Below, piece after piece: positions 18,213-27,266 of a stretch of DNA of 64,000 nucleotides. The DNA comes from Oscillospiraceae bacterium (GTDB lineage Bacteria > Bacillota > Clostridia > Oscillospirales > Oscillospiraceae): assembly GCA_902775985.1 (NCBI GenBank), contig CACYOR010000002.1, positions 21,139 through 85,138 on the forward strand, given 5' to 3'. The notes under the pieces are model-generated. The model saw only the letters and a list, made by a program, of their open reading frames with translations. It searched no databases and was not told where the DNA came from. The translations under genes were made by a program, and so were the position numbers. How positions within the stretch are numbered: position 1 is the first letter of the stretch; every line of letters begins with the position of its first letter.

Positions 18213-19921
18213 CACCGAAAGAGATTTTCCTGGAACTTCTGAAACCCGATGGAAAACCGGAGCGCCAGCTCAAGCAGTATGAGGCGCTGCATCTGGTGCT
18301 CAACGATCCCATCAACGGCTATCTGCGCGGCAACCGGGTACGCGGCAGCGTCAGCAAGGATCGCTGGGGCACCACAATTCTCTTCCCCGCGGACGCGCCC
18401 GGTGCCACGCCCCACATCACGCCCGATGACAAGGTCTGCCCCGATGTCACCCGCTGGCGGGACTTCGTCCATGCGCCGGACCTGGGCGCCAACTGCACCG
18501 AGGGCTGGGAGGACTGCGCCCGCATGGCGCGAGAGGCCGCCGGAGATCAGAAGCTGGTCTGCGGCTTTATGGGCACCGGTATCTTTGAACAGACCCATTT
18601 CCTCATGGGTTTTGAGGACACACTCACCAATTTCTATGAGCATCCCGCCGAGATGCATGAGCTGATCGACTATATCACCGAATACAGGCTCGACTACGTC
18701 AAACGGCTGATCGACGGTCTGCAGCCCGACGCCATCTTCTCCCACGACGATTGGGGCGCCAAAGAGGCCCTGTTTATGAAGCCGGAGATGTGGCGGGAAT
18801 TCTATAAGGAGCCTTATCGCCGCTTCTACGGCTACATCCGCTCCCGCGGCGTGATCGCCATTCACCACGCCGATTCCTATCTGGTGCCGATCCTTGAGGA
18901 TATGAAGGAGATCGGCATTCAGGTCTGGCAGGGCACCCTGCCGGAAAACGATATCCCTGCTCTCCAGGATCAGCTGCAGGGCACGCTTGTCCTGATGGGC
19001 GGCATCGGTGCCGCCATTGACCGTCCCGACTCCACCGAGGAGGAGATCCGCGCCTATGTCCGGGACGCCCTGGCCCGCTATTGCCCCGGCGGACATTACA
19101 TTCCCTCCATCACCTACGGCATCATGGGCACCGTCTACAAGCATGTGGATCCGATCATCGACGAGGAGATCGACCGCTACAACGCCGGACTTCACATGCC
19201 CCGGCAAGCGCTGCCCCCACTGCCGCACCGTAAGCGCAGGCAGGCCGCCGCGCCTGTCCAGGCAGCAGAAGCGGAAAACGCCGCAGATGGTCTGCTGGCC
19301 GCGCTGGCGGACGCCCTCTGCCGCGGCCAGAAAAAGAAAGTACTGCGCCTCTGCCAGGAGGCGCTGGACGCCGGCCTGGATCCGCAGACGATCCTGAATG
19401 AGGGGATGCTCCCCGGTATGAGCCGTCTGGGTGAGGATTTCACCGCCGGGCGCGCCTTCGTGCCCGAAATGCTGATGGCCGCCCGCTGCATGAACGCGGC
19501 CACAGAGCTGCTCAAGCCCCTGCTGACTTCCGAGGCCTCTGAGCCCGTGGGCCGGGTCTGCCTCGGCACCGTGCGGGGTGATCTGCACGACATCGGCAAG
19601 AATCTGGTCAAGATCATGATGGAGGGCTCCGGTCTGGAGGTCATCGACCTGGGCGTGGATGTGGCGCCCGAGACCTTTGTGGAGACCGCCATCGAGCGGC
19701 ACTGTGACGCCATCGCCTGCTCCTCCCTGCTGACCACCGCCATGAACGAGATGCGTCGGGTCGTGCAGCTGGCCGAGGAGCGCGGGATCCGTGATCGGGT
19801 CAAGATCCTGGTGGGCGGCGCTCCCATCACCCAGAGCTTCTGCGACGAAATCGGCGCCGACGCCTATACCGACGATGCGGCCCAGGCTGCCCGGACCGCG
19901 GTGGCCCTGCTGCGACGCTGA
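18209..19921 (+). CDS. fusion protein: UroD-like (MtaA/CmuA-family) methyltransferase + cobalamin-binding domain
   Basis: start taken at ATG 18209 (ATGA overlap with DUF2284 stop, GAAGGG SD), not the ORF opening at 18029; C-terminal 210 aa carry B12-binding_2 helix bundle and GDLHDIGKN (DxHxxG), SSLLTT, VGGAP motifs. Confidence 0.85.
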   Translation: MTPKEIFLELLKPDGKPERQLKQYEALHLVLNDPINGYLRGNRVRGSVSKDRWGTTILFPADAPGATPHITPDDKVCPDVTRWRDFVHAPDLGANCTEGWEDCARMAREAAGDQKLVCGFMGTGIFEQTHFLMGFEDTLTNFYEHPAEMHELIDYITEYRLDYVKRLIDGLQPDAIFSHDDWGAKEALFMKPEMWREFYKEPYRRFYGYIRSRGVIAIHHADSYLVPILEDMKEIGIQVWQGTLPENDIPALQDQLQGTLVLMGGIGAAIDRPDSTEEEIRAYVRDALARYCPGGHYIPSITYGIMGTVYKHVDPIIDEEIDRYNAGLHMPRQALPPLPHRKRRQAAAPVQAAEAENAADGLLAALADALCRGQKKKVLRLCQEALDAGLDPQTILNEGMLPGMSRLGEDFTAGRAFVPEMLMAARCMNAATELLKPLLTSEASEPVGRVCLGTVRGDLHDIGKNLVKIMMEGSGLEVIDLGVDVAPETFVETAIERHCDAIACSSLLTTAMNEMRRVVQLAEERGIRDRVKILVGGAPITQSFCDEIGADAYTDDAAQAARTAVALLRR

Positions 19922-20072
19922 ACAAAGCGACCGCTTTGCCCGTGTGGACGGCATCACGGTCGACCCCTTCGGCACCTCCTTCACCGTCACGCTGGAGGAT
20001 TATGATACCATCAGCCGCATGATTACCCGCATCACCTCTGAGGATTGAGCCGGAACCGAAAACCGAAACAGC

Positions 20073-20100
20073 AATCGCCGCGAGAATTCGCGGCGATTTA
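20073..20100 (+). terminator. intrinsic terminator after corrinoid operon
   Basis: AATCGCCGCGA/TCGCGGCGATT stem then TTATCTT. Confidence 0.7.
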
Positions 20101-20167
20101 TCTTATCGGATTCTGCAATTTATGTAAATTAGATTATGTAAATATTGTTATGTTAACTATTCAGAGC

Positions 20168-20222
20168 AAAAAAAGAAGCAAGCCCCAACTTTTACGTCTC
20201 TCGTTCATAAAAGTCAGGGCTT
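20168..20222 (-). terminator. strand-specific orphan intrinsic terminator
   Basis: minus-strand AAGCCCTGACTTTTA/TAAAAGTTGGGGCTT 15-bp stem whose two non-WC positions are G-U on the minus strand but A-C/C-A on the plus strand, followed by GCTTCTTTTTTT. Confidence 0.7.
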
Positions 20223-20227
20223 ACTTC

Positions 20228-20260
20228 TCTGAATTCTTAATATCTAACATCATTTAACCT
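20228..20260 (-). other. 10-codon mini-ORF (MMLDIKNSEK) with SD, ending at the base of the orphan terminator
   Basis: AAGAAAGAGAGG then TTAA then ATGATG...TAA read on the minus strand; coding status unproven. Confidence 0.25.
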
Positions 20261-20572
20261 CTCTTTCTTAGATTTTGTACCGAAGTCTCCTGTAAGCTCT
20301 TTCCCTCCCTGCCTGTGTTGTTTTCCTTTTCTCGAAGTGAGATACACCTTTGCGCTGGGGAAGAACTCCTGCCGTACTCCGGTTGAGGCCTGTTCAAAGT
20401 TCTACTCGATGAGACTCTTTCGATCCTTGAAGCTCGGTCTATTTATAAGGTCTTGACCTTTTGTGATTATAAAATAACAAATCCTACTCCCGCTGTCAAG
20501 GGTCAGCTCCGCCAAAGATCACCGGCTGTTTTTGTCTCTTTTGACGGTTTTATCCTTTTTATTGAATTCCCA

Positions 20573-20602
20573 TTGACAATCAATTTGTGCATTGTATATA
20601 AT
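20573..20602 (+). promoter_or_regulatory. sigma-70-type promoter for lipoprotein gene (TTGACA, 18 bp, TATAAT)
   Basis: consensus hexamers in AT-rich spacer. Confidence 0.55.
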
Positions 20603-20621
20603 AGTGGTGTTGGGTGTTTTG

Positions 20622-20650
20622 TTGGCGGTGCTTTCACCGCCAATTTTCTT
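20622..20650 (+). promoter_or_regulatory. terminator-like hairpin inside the short 5' leader
   Basis: TTGGCGGTG/CACCGCCAA stem then TTTTCTT, only about 15 nt after the predicted TSS and 35 nt before the ATG. Confidence 0.45.
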
Positions 20651-20683
20651 GCTTTTACTTGCCTTTTGTGCTATGGTGAAGCC

Positions 20684-21331
20684 ATGAAAAAACAGATCGC
20701 TGTCATTTTGCTTTTACTTCTTTCGCTGTGCTTTTGCGCCTGCGGAAAGAAAAGCCAGCCCATTGACACGGGCGATACAAACGAATATCAGGTGGATATC
20801 CTTCCGGTCACACCGGAGCCCACGGTGCAGACCTTTACGCATTTCGAGTCCATCCCCATTGATGCGGAAAACTGGAGCACCTATTTCGAGATCCGCGAGA
20901 TTCCCCTTTACATGCTCAATCCCAACGGCGGGATCCTGGAGGCGGAGCAAAACTACTGCGTGGCCCTGCGGGAGGCCTATCTGCCCATGCTCCGGTCCTC
21001 GGACAGTTATCAGGTGGACTTCACGGTGGCCTTTGACGTCTATGTGAACACCCTGGATATCGATTTGTCCAGCTATCGCTTCCAGCACACAGACGACAGG
21101 CTTTTCGCCCTGCGCGCCGAACACAGCTGCGTCTTCAACCAGCGGGCCCTGCACAGCAGCGACGCCAACGCCAGCTACGATCGATTTCTGAACGAGGGCG
21201 TCCCCTACTATCAGAACGCCTTCTTCACCGGCAGCGCCACCTATACCGACGGGGTCTGGGCCGGTTTCTATGTGGATCCGTCCACCCTGCAGGTGCTGTC
21301 CGCCAGCGGGACGCTGGAACTGGGCTACTAA
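20684..21331 (+). CDS. hypothetical lipoprotein
   Basis: internal start MKKQIAVILLLLLSLCFCACGKK (signal peptide plus lipobox-like Cys) chosen over ORF opening at 20453; no family recognised. Confidence 0.6.
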   Translation: MKKQIAVILLLLLSLCFCACGKKSQPIDTGDTNEYQVDILPVTPEPTVQTFTHFESIPIDAENWSTYFEIREIPLYMLNPNGGILEAEQNYCVALREAYLPMLRSSDSYQVDFTVAFDVYVNTLDIDLSSYRFQHTDDRLFALRAEHSCVFNQRALHSSDANASYDRFLNEGVPYYQNAFFTGSATYTDGVWAGFYVDPSTLQVLSASGTLELGY

Positions 21332-21384
21332 TACCCGATACGGTGATAGCGAAAGGGAGAGGCATTGGCCTCTCCCTTATTGTT

Positions 21385-21867
21385 TTATTTCTTTCCGAGA
21401 TTGCCCAGCATATCCATGGCGCCGGAGATCAGGCTTGAGAGCAGATCGTCCGTCTGCTCTCCTTTCAGGAGCTTGAGCGCCGCCTTCTGCCGGTCCGCGT
21501 CCGCCTTGCGATAGGCGTTCAGCAGCGTCTTTTCCGCCCCTGTCAGTTCCACAGCAGTAGTGGTCTTTTTACTGTTAGTGGAGCTGGTCTTTTTGGCGGT
21601 GCTGCCGGTCTTTTTTGCCGTGGATGTGGTCTTCTTGGCCGTGCTGCCGGATCCGCCCTTGGGCGCCTCAAGCAGCGATTTCTGTGTGACGCCGGTGGCT
21701 TTTGCGATGGCTTTCAGCTGGGCCTGGGTCAGTTCCTTTTCCCCACGCTCAGCCTTGCCGATATCCGAAGCCGAGAGCCCGTCGATCTTCTTGGCCAGAC
21801 CTTCCTGACTCAGTCCTGCTTCCGTCCTGGCTTCTTTGATGAGTTCTCCGACTTTTTTCGCTGCCAT
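21385..21867 (-). CDS. XRE-family HTH protein with Lys/Thr/Ser-rich repeat linker
   Basis: N-terminal HTH (ELIKEARTEAGLSQEGLAKKI...), central STAKKT repeats, SD GGGAGG; 15 nt downstream of DUF937 gene. Confidence 0.78.
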   Translation of the reverse strand: MAAKKVGELIKEARTEAGLSQEGLAKKIDGLSASDIGKAERGEKELTQAQLKAIAKATGVTQKSLLEAPKGGSGSTAKKTTSTAKKTGSTAKKTSSTNSKKTTTAVELTGAEKTLLNAYRKADADRQKAALKLLKGEQTDDLLSSLISGAMDMLGNLGKK

Positions 21868-21882
21868 CGTGCCGCCTCCCGC

Positions 21883-22698
21883 TTACTGCATCGCGGACAG
21901 CAGCGCGCTCAGAAGGGCGTTGCCGTTAAGGCTGTCATCCTTCTCCGGCTGCTGCGCGCCGCCGAAGAGCGCGCCGATGAGGCTGTTGGCGGGAGAGGCC
22001 GCCTGCTGCGTTCCGCCGCCCAGCAGAGAGCCAAGCAGAGCCGCCGTGGGGTTGACAGCAGGCTGCTGTTGCTGCTGCATGCCGCCGCCCAGCAAGGAGC
22101 CCAGCAGAGAGCTCGCAGCGCTGGCCGCGGGCTGCTGTTGCTGCTGCGGAGCACCGCCCAGCAGGGCGCCCAGCAGAGAGCTGCCGACGCTGGCCGCAGG
22201 CTGCTGCTGTTGCTGCTGCACGCCGCTGAGCATGGCCATCACATCGCTCAGATCCAGACCGTCGCTCAGGTCGACCTTGGGCTTGGCCGCGGTGCTGGTG
22301 GTCGCAGCGGACAGACCGCTCAGCAGAGCGGGCGCGATGGCGCTGAGAACAGAGCGGACTTCACCCTCGGCCATATCGGTCTCGACCGCGAGAGCCTGCA
22401 CGGCGCTGTCGGTGTCATTGCCCAGGATGTGGCCGACGATCTTGCCGCCGTCCACAGTATCCGCCTCGTCGATCTGCTCGGCGATGGAGCGGGTGTTGGT
22501 GTGCTGGGTCAGAGCGCCCAGCAGGGACTGCACGCCGGACTGGGAGGAGACGTTTCGGGTCATGGCCTTGAGCAGCAGGGGGATCGCAATGGCGACCACT
22601 TTCTTCAGCTGCGACTTGGACAAGCCGGTCTTCTTGGCCAGCGCGGCGACCGCCACGTCGGACAGCAGAGAGCTGGAGAGAACACTTAACAGATTCAT
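21883..22698 (-). CDS. DUF937 domain protein with Gln-rich tandem repeats
   Basis: start MNLLSVL at 22698 preceded by AGGAGG; N-terminal DUF937-like region (LLSVLSSSLLSD...VAIAIPLLLKAM), C-terminal SLLGxLLGG-QQQQQPAA repeats. Confidence 0.72.
   Translation of the reverse strand: MNLLSVLSSSLLSDVAVAALAKKTGLSKSQLKKVVAIAIPLLLKAMTRNVSSQSGVQSLLGALTQHTNTRSIAEQIDEADTVDGGKIVGHILGNDTDSAVQALAVETDMAEGEVRSVLSAIAPALLSGLSAATTSTAAKPKVDLSDGLDLSDVMAMLSGVQQQQQQPAASVGSSLLGALLGGAPQQQQQPAASAASSLLGSLLGGGMQQQQQPAVNPTAALLGSLLGGGTQQAASPANSLIGALFGGAQQPEKDDSLNGNALLSALLSAMQ
22010..22220 (-). repeat. three in-frame tandem repeats of about 69 bp inside the DUF937 gene
   Basis: repeated GCTGCTGTTGCTGCTGC...CCCAGCAGAGAGC units encoding LLGxLLGGxxQQQQQPAAS. 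Confidence 0.8.
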
Positions 22699-22762
22699 AG
22701 TTTGCCTCCTAAACATATTTTGGGATTTCCTGGTTTCAGTATACTACGCTTTTTCCAAGATT

Positions 22763-23707
22763 TCATCTGTTTTTTACAAAAACAGAATCATTTTCGTCAA
22801 AGCGGTACTCGATGTATTTCCGGAAGACCTCGCCCGGGCGGAGCACGGTGCTGGGATATTCCGGGTGGTTGGGGCTGTCGGGGTAGAACTCCGGCTCCAG
22901 CGCCACAGCCGCGTTGGGGCGGTGGCTGCCGCTGAGCCCGCTGCCGGTGTAGACCTGGATGGCGGGAAAATCGGTCCGGATCGTCATGCGGCAATCCCCG
23001 TCCGTCAGCACGCAGGCAGGCTCTCCCGCGAGGACAAAACAGTGGTCGTAATTCTCGCCGATCGGCCTGGCCTGGCGGAAATCAAAGCGTGTACCCTCCA
23101 CCGTCTCGACCGCCGTGGGGATGTTCTCCCCATCCACCGCCAGATACTTGTCCGCGTTGAGCTGGAGCACCGCGTCCAGGCATTTGCCGTGCCCGCTCAG
23201 ATCGAAATAGCTGTGGTTCGTGGGGGCGAAATGGGTCGCTGCGTCGCACTCCCCTTCAAAGTCCAGCCGTAGCGTCGTGGCGCCGGAGAGGGAGTAGCGC
23301 ACGGTCTCTTTGATCTCCCCCGGGAAGCCGTTGTCCCCTGCCGGTGAGAGCAGAGAAAAGCGCAGGCTCTCCCCTTCGATCGCCGCCTCCCAGCGCCGTT
23401 TGTTGTGCAGGAGACCCGCCGTACCGCCGTGCAGTTGGTTCCGCCCCTCGTTGGCCGTCAGGGTATAGCGCTTTCCGTCCAGCGTGAAGGCCGCGCCGGC
23501 AATGCGGTTGGCATAGCGCCCGACGGTCGCGCCGAGAAAGTCATTGGACGCGAGATAGTCCTCCGGTGTCTCATAGCCGATCACCCGCTCCTGGCCCTTA
23601 TACTGCAGGCTGACCAGCGTAGCGCCCAGATCGCTGACGCGGACACGGAGGAATTCGTTTTCCAATGTAAACAGGGAGAAATTTCCCCAGATTTCTTTAA
23701 TGATCAC
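22763..23707 (-). CDS. galM: aldose 1-epimerase (galactose mutarotase)
   Basis: 314 aa; mutarotase-like sequence (GRYANRIA, NQLHGG, HSYFNL-like NHSYFDL); GTG start preceded by GAGGAGG. Confidence 0.85.
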   Translation of the reverse strand: MIIKEIWGNFSLFTLENEFLRVRVSDLGATLVSLQYKGQERVIGYETPEDYLASNDFLGATVGRYANRIAGAAFTLDGKRYTLTANEGRNQLHGGTAGLLHNKRRWEAAIEGESLRFSLLSPAGDNGFPGEIKETVRYSLSGATTLRLDFEGECDAATHFAPTNHSYFDLSGHGKCLDAVLQLNADKYLAVDGENIPTAVETVEGTRFDFRQARPIGENYDHCFVLAGEPACVLTDGDCRMTIRTDFPAIQVYTGSGLSGSHRPNAAVALEPEFYPDSPNHPEYPSTVLRPGEVFRKYIEYRFDENDSVFVKNR

Positions 23708-23770
23708 GAAGCAGCACCTCCTCGTTTTTGTCTATTTTAATGCATCCTTTCATGTTTTTCAATCCCGTTC

Positions 23771-23799
23771 TTGTAAAGAGCCACATATCGTGGTATAAT
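23771..23799 (+). promoter_or_regulatory. gdhA promoter (TTGTAA, 17 bp, TGgTATAAT)
   Basis: extended -10 and near-consensus -35. Confidence 0.6.
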
Positions 23800-23807
23800 T
23801 TTAGTAG

Positions 23808-25223
<1,416 letters not shown>

Positions 25224-25239
25224 TCCCCATAACAGCACA

Positions 25240-25274
25240 GCACCCCGGTGATTTCTCACCGGGGTGCTCTTTCG
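25240..25274. terminator. terminator between convergent gdhA and TPM genes
   Basis: GCACCCCGGTGA/TCACCGGGGTGC stem then TCTTTCG. Confidence 0.75.
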
Positions 25275-25279
25275 TATGA

Positions 25280-26131
25280 TCAGAATTTTCCGCTGTGGCT
25301 GTGGTTCGGCATCCCGCCGTTGAAGCCGCCGCCATGTCCGCCGCCGTGATCCCGCGGCTGCTCGATGACCTGCACCGTGCGGGTGCGGTTGATGAACTGG
25401 TCCTCCTTCACCCGGAGCCGGGCGCTGCCCGAAACGACATATTCATCCGCCGTGTCCCGCTCCTTGGCCGTTTTCATCTGGGACTTGAAGCCCTGGCAGA
25501 CCGCCAGCGCGATGGCACTGGAGGGTGCGATGGCGATGATGAGTTTGGTGATGGGATCCATGCCGTCGCCAAAGCCGAAGATGCTCTCCTGGGAGTTGTA
25601 TTCGCCGCCCGACGGATCCTGGGCCTCCTGCTGGGCCCGGGACAGGAGTTGTCCCGCCCCCTGGATATAGGCCAGCACGCCATTATACCAGTCGTCCTCG
25701 CGGAAGTATTTCAGGAAGCCGGATTCCAGGCGGTTGAGATTGGCGTGGGTAAACCACCGGGCCGCATTCGGGCCGTAATCCTGCAGGGCATAGTCCCGCT
25801 CCTCCAGGCTCAGCAGCAGGAGCAGCCCGTCCCGATCGTCGCCGAAGCCCAGATCGTAATAGCCATAAAAGCCCTGGGCGCAGTCCTCCACGCTCTGGGG
25901 GTTATACTGGGTAAAATCGTCCACCAGGATGGCGTAAATGGCACAGTGATACTCGGAGGACACCTGGGTCGCCGCATCGTTGAGAGCCGCGACCTGAGAC
26001 TCCGTAAAGAGATTGGCCGCGTCGGTCACATAGCCGAGGGTCATTTCGCTCTCCTGGGCCAGAGCCGTGCCGCTCAAGCTCAGGCAGAGGAGCAGGCAGA
26101 GGAGCACACTGAGAGCAATCTGTTTTTTCAT
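25280..26131 (-). CDS. TPM-domain protein (secreted, C-terminal TM and Gly/His-rich tail)
   Basis: start MKKQIALSVLLCLLL (signal peptide) with GGGAGGG SD; YVTDAANLF...TPM-like N-domain; single TM near C-terminus. Confidence 0.72.
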   Translation of the reverse strand: MKKQIALSVLLCLLLCLSLSGTALAQESEMTLGYVTDAANLFTESQVAALNDAATQVSSEYHCAIYAILVDDFTQYNPQSVEDCAQGFYGYYDLGFGDDRDGLLLLLSLEERDYALQDYGPNAARWFTHANLNRLESGFLKYFREDDWYNGVLAYIQGAGQLLSRAQQEAQDPSGGEYNSQESIFGFGDGMDPITKLIIAIAPSSAIALAVCQGFKSQMKTAKERDTADEYVVSGSARLRVKEDQFINRTRTVQVIEQPRDHGGGHGGGFNGGMPNHSHSGKF

Positions 26132-26145
26132 CTCCGCGCCCTCCC

Positions 26146-27252
26146 TTACAAAAACAGCAGCGCCGCGATCACGCCGGCGATGGGCAGGGCGATGCGGGCG
26201 AACCAGCTCCAGTACAGATCCTTGGCCACCGGCAAATCGCCGATCAGCTTTCCGGTCTGACCGTTCATGGAAAAGAGGAAGGTCTTGCCGTGCCAGCGGG
26301 TGGCAAGCAGCCAGACCGGCATCAGCGCGTATTTGACCCGGCCCCGCCGCAGGCGAACGTTCTGGGACACCGGCACGCAGCTGGCATAGCCGCCCACCGT
26401 ATTTCGCACGATCTGCACCGCGGTGTTCGCCGCCCGGCGGTTGGCGCGTTTTTCGCACTCCTCCACCTCCACGTCGTACTTGTTGGCGTAATAGCCGGGC
26501 AGATAGGCCGCGGAGAAAGGCTTAAGGTCGGCATAGTCAAAGGTCTCGATGGCGTCCATATGGGCGTCGGGCATCTGCCGCGAGGCGTCCACCGGGATAT
26601 TCTCAAAAGCAACGGTCCCGGCGCGCCGCACCCGGAAATGATCTGTCTCCGTGACGCGCTCACGCCCATTGGAATAGACCCGCACCTGGGTGGCGGCGAA
26701 CTCCATATCCGCGTCCGCCTCGCCGTCAAAGAGCCAGAAAGGCACATACACGCCCTTGACCTCTTCGATGTGGTTGTCGCTGCGGAAGCTCTTGGGCAGC
26801 AGCTTTTTTCCCTGGTAGTATTTCTTCAGGGCCCGTACCGCCGCCTCTTTGTCCAGCTTGAAGGGCAGAATGTAGTCCGGCTTTAGCATCCCCTGAAACT
26901 GGGCGGGCACTACTGTGGGATTGCCGCAATAGGGGCAGCTGGTGGCCACGGTCGTCTCATCGCAAATCAGCTCCGCCCCGCAGGAGGGGCAGGAATAGCT
27001 TTTCAGATGGGCCTGCTCGGCGTCCCAGCTCCCGTTTTCCGGCCAGTCCCAGCCCTCCACCGGGCTCTCAACCGGCTCCTCCGCCGGGGCGGCCTGCGCG
27101 GCCTGATCGATCTTCTCGCCGTAGAGTGCCTCGATCTCCTGTACCGTGAAATGACTGCCGCAGTAATCGCAGGCGAGATTCCCGCTCGCCCCCTCGAAAT
27201 GCAGCGGGCCGGTACAGGCCGGGCACTGGAAATTGGTAATCTGGCTTGCCAT
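26146..27252 (-). CDS. double zinc-ribbon protein with C-terminal membrane anchor, function unknown
   Basis: start MASQITNFQCPACTG with AAAGGAG SD; CPAC...CDYC and CPSC...CPYC ribbons; terminal hydrophobic helix IALPIAGVIAALLFL. Confidence 0.62.
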   Translation of the reverse strand: MASQITNFQCPACTGPLHFEGASGNLACDYCGSHFTVQEIEALYGEKIDQAAQAAPAEEPVESPVEGWDWPENGSWDAEQAHLKSYSCPSCGAELICDETTVATSCPYCGNPTVVPAQFQGMLKPDYILPFKLDKEAAVRALKKYYQGKKLLPKSFRSDNHIEEVKGVYVPFWLFDGEADADMEFAATQVRVYSNGRERVTETDHFRVRRAGTVAFENIPVDASRQMPDAHMDAIETFDYADLKPFSAAYLPGYYANKYDVEVEECEKRANRRAANTAVQIVRNTVGGYASCVPVSQNVRLRRGRVKYALMPVWLLATRWHGKTFLFSMNGQTGKLIGDLPVAKDLYWSWFARIALPIAGVIAALLFL

Positions 27253-27266
27253 GGCACGCTCCTTTC

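Noticed and set aside
19944-20048. A short frame after the corrinoid gene that encodes ...VDGITVDPFGTSFTVTLEDYDTISRMITRITSED and looks protein-like.
   Set aside because: The only in-frame start downstream of the upstream gene's stop codon is a GTG with no SD. The frame largely overlaps the end of the upstream gene. It may be a relic of a lost gene, but the evidence is insufficient to call a CDS or a pseudogene.
20045-20257. A 70-aa ORF (plus strand) in the AT-rich island, and the 292-aa ORF opening at 20453.
   Set aside because: The 70-aa translation is compositionally odd, has no SD and overlaps two terminators. The 292-aa ORF's first 77 codons run through promoter and terminator-like sequence, and a proper signal peptide start exists at 20684.
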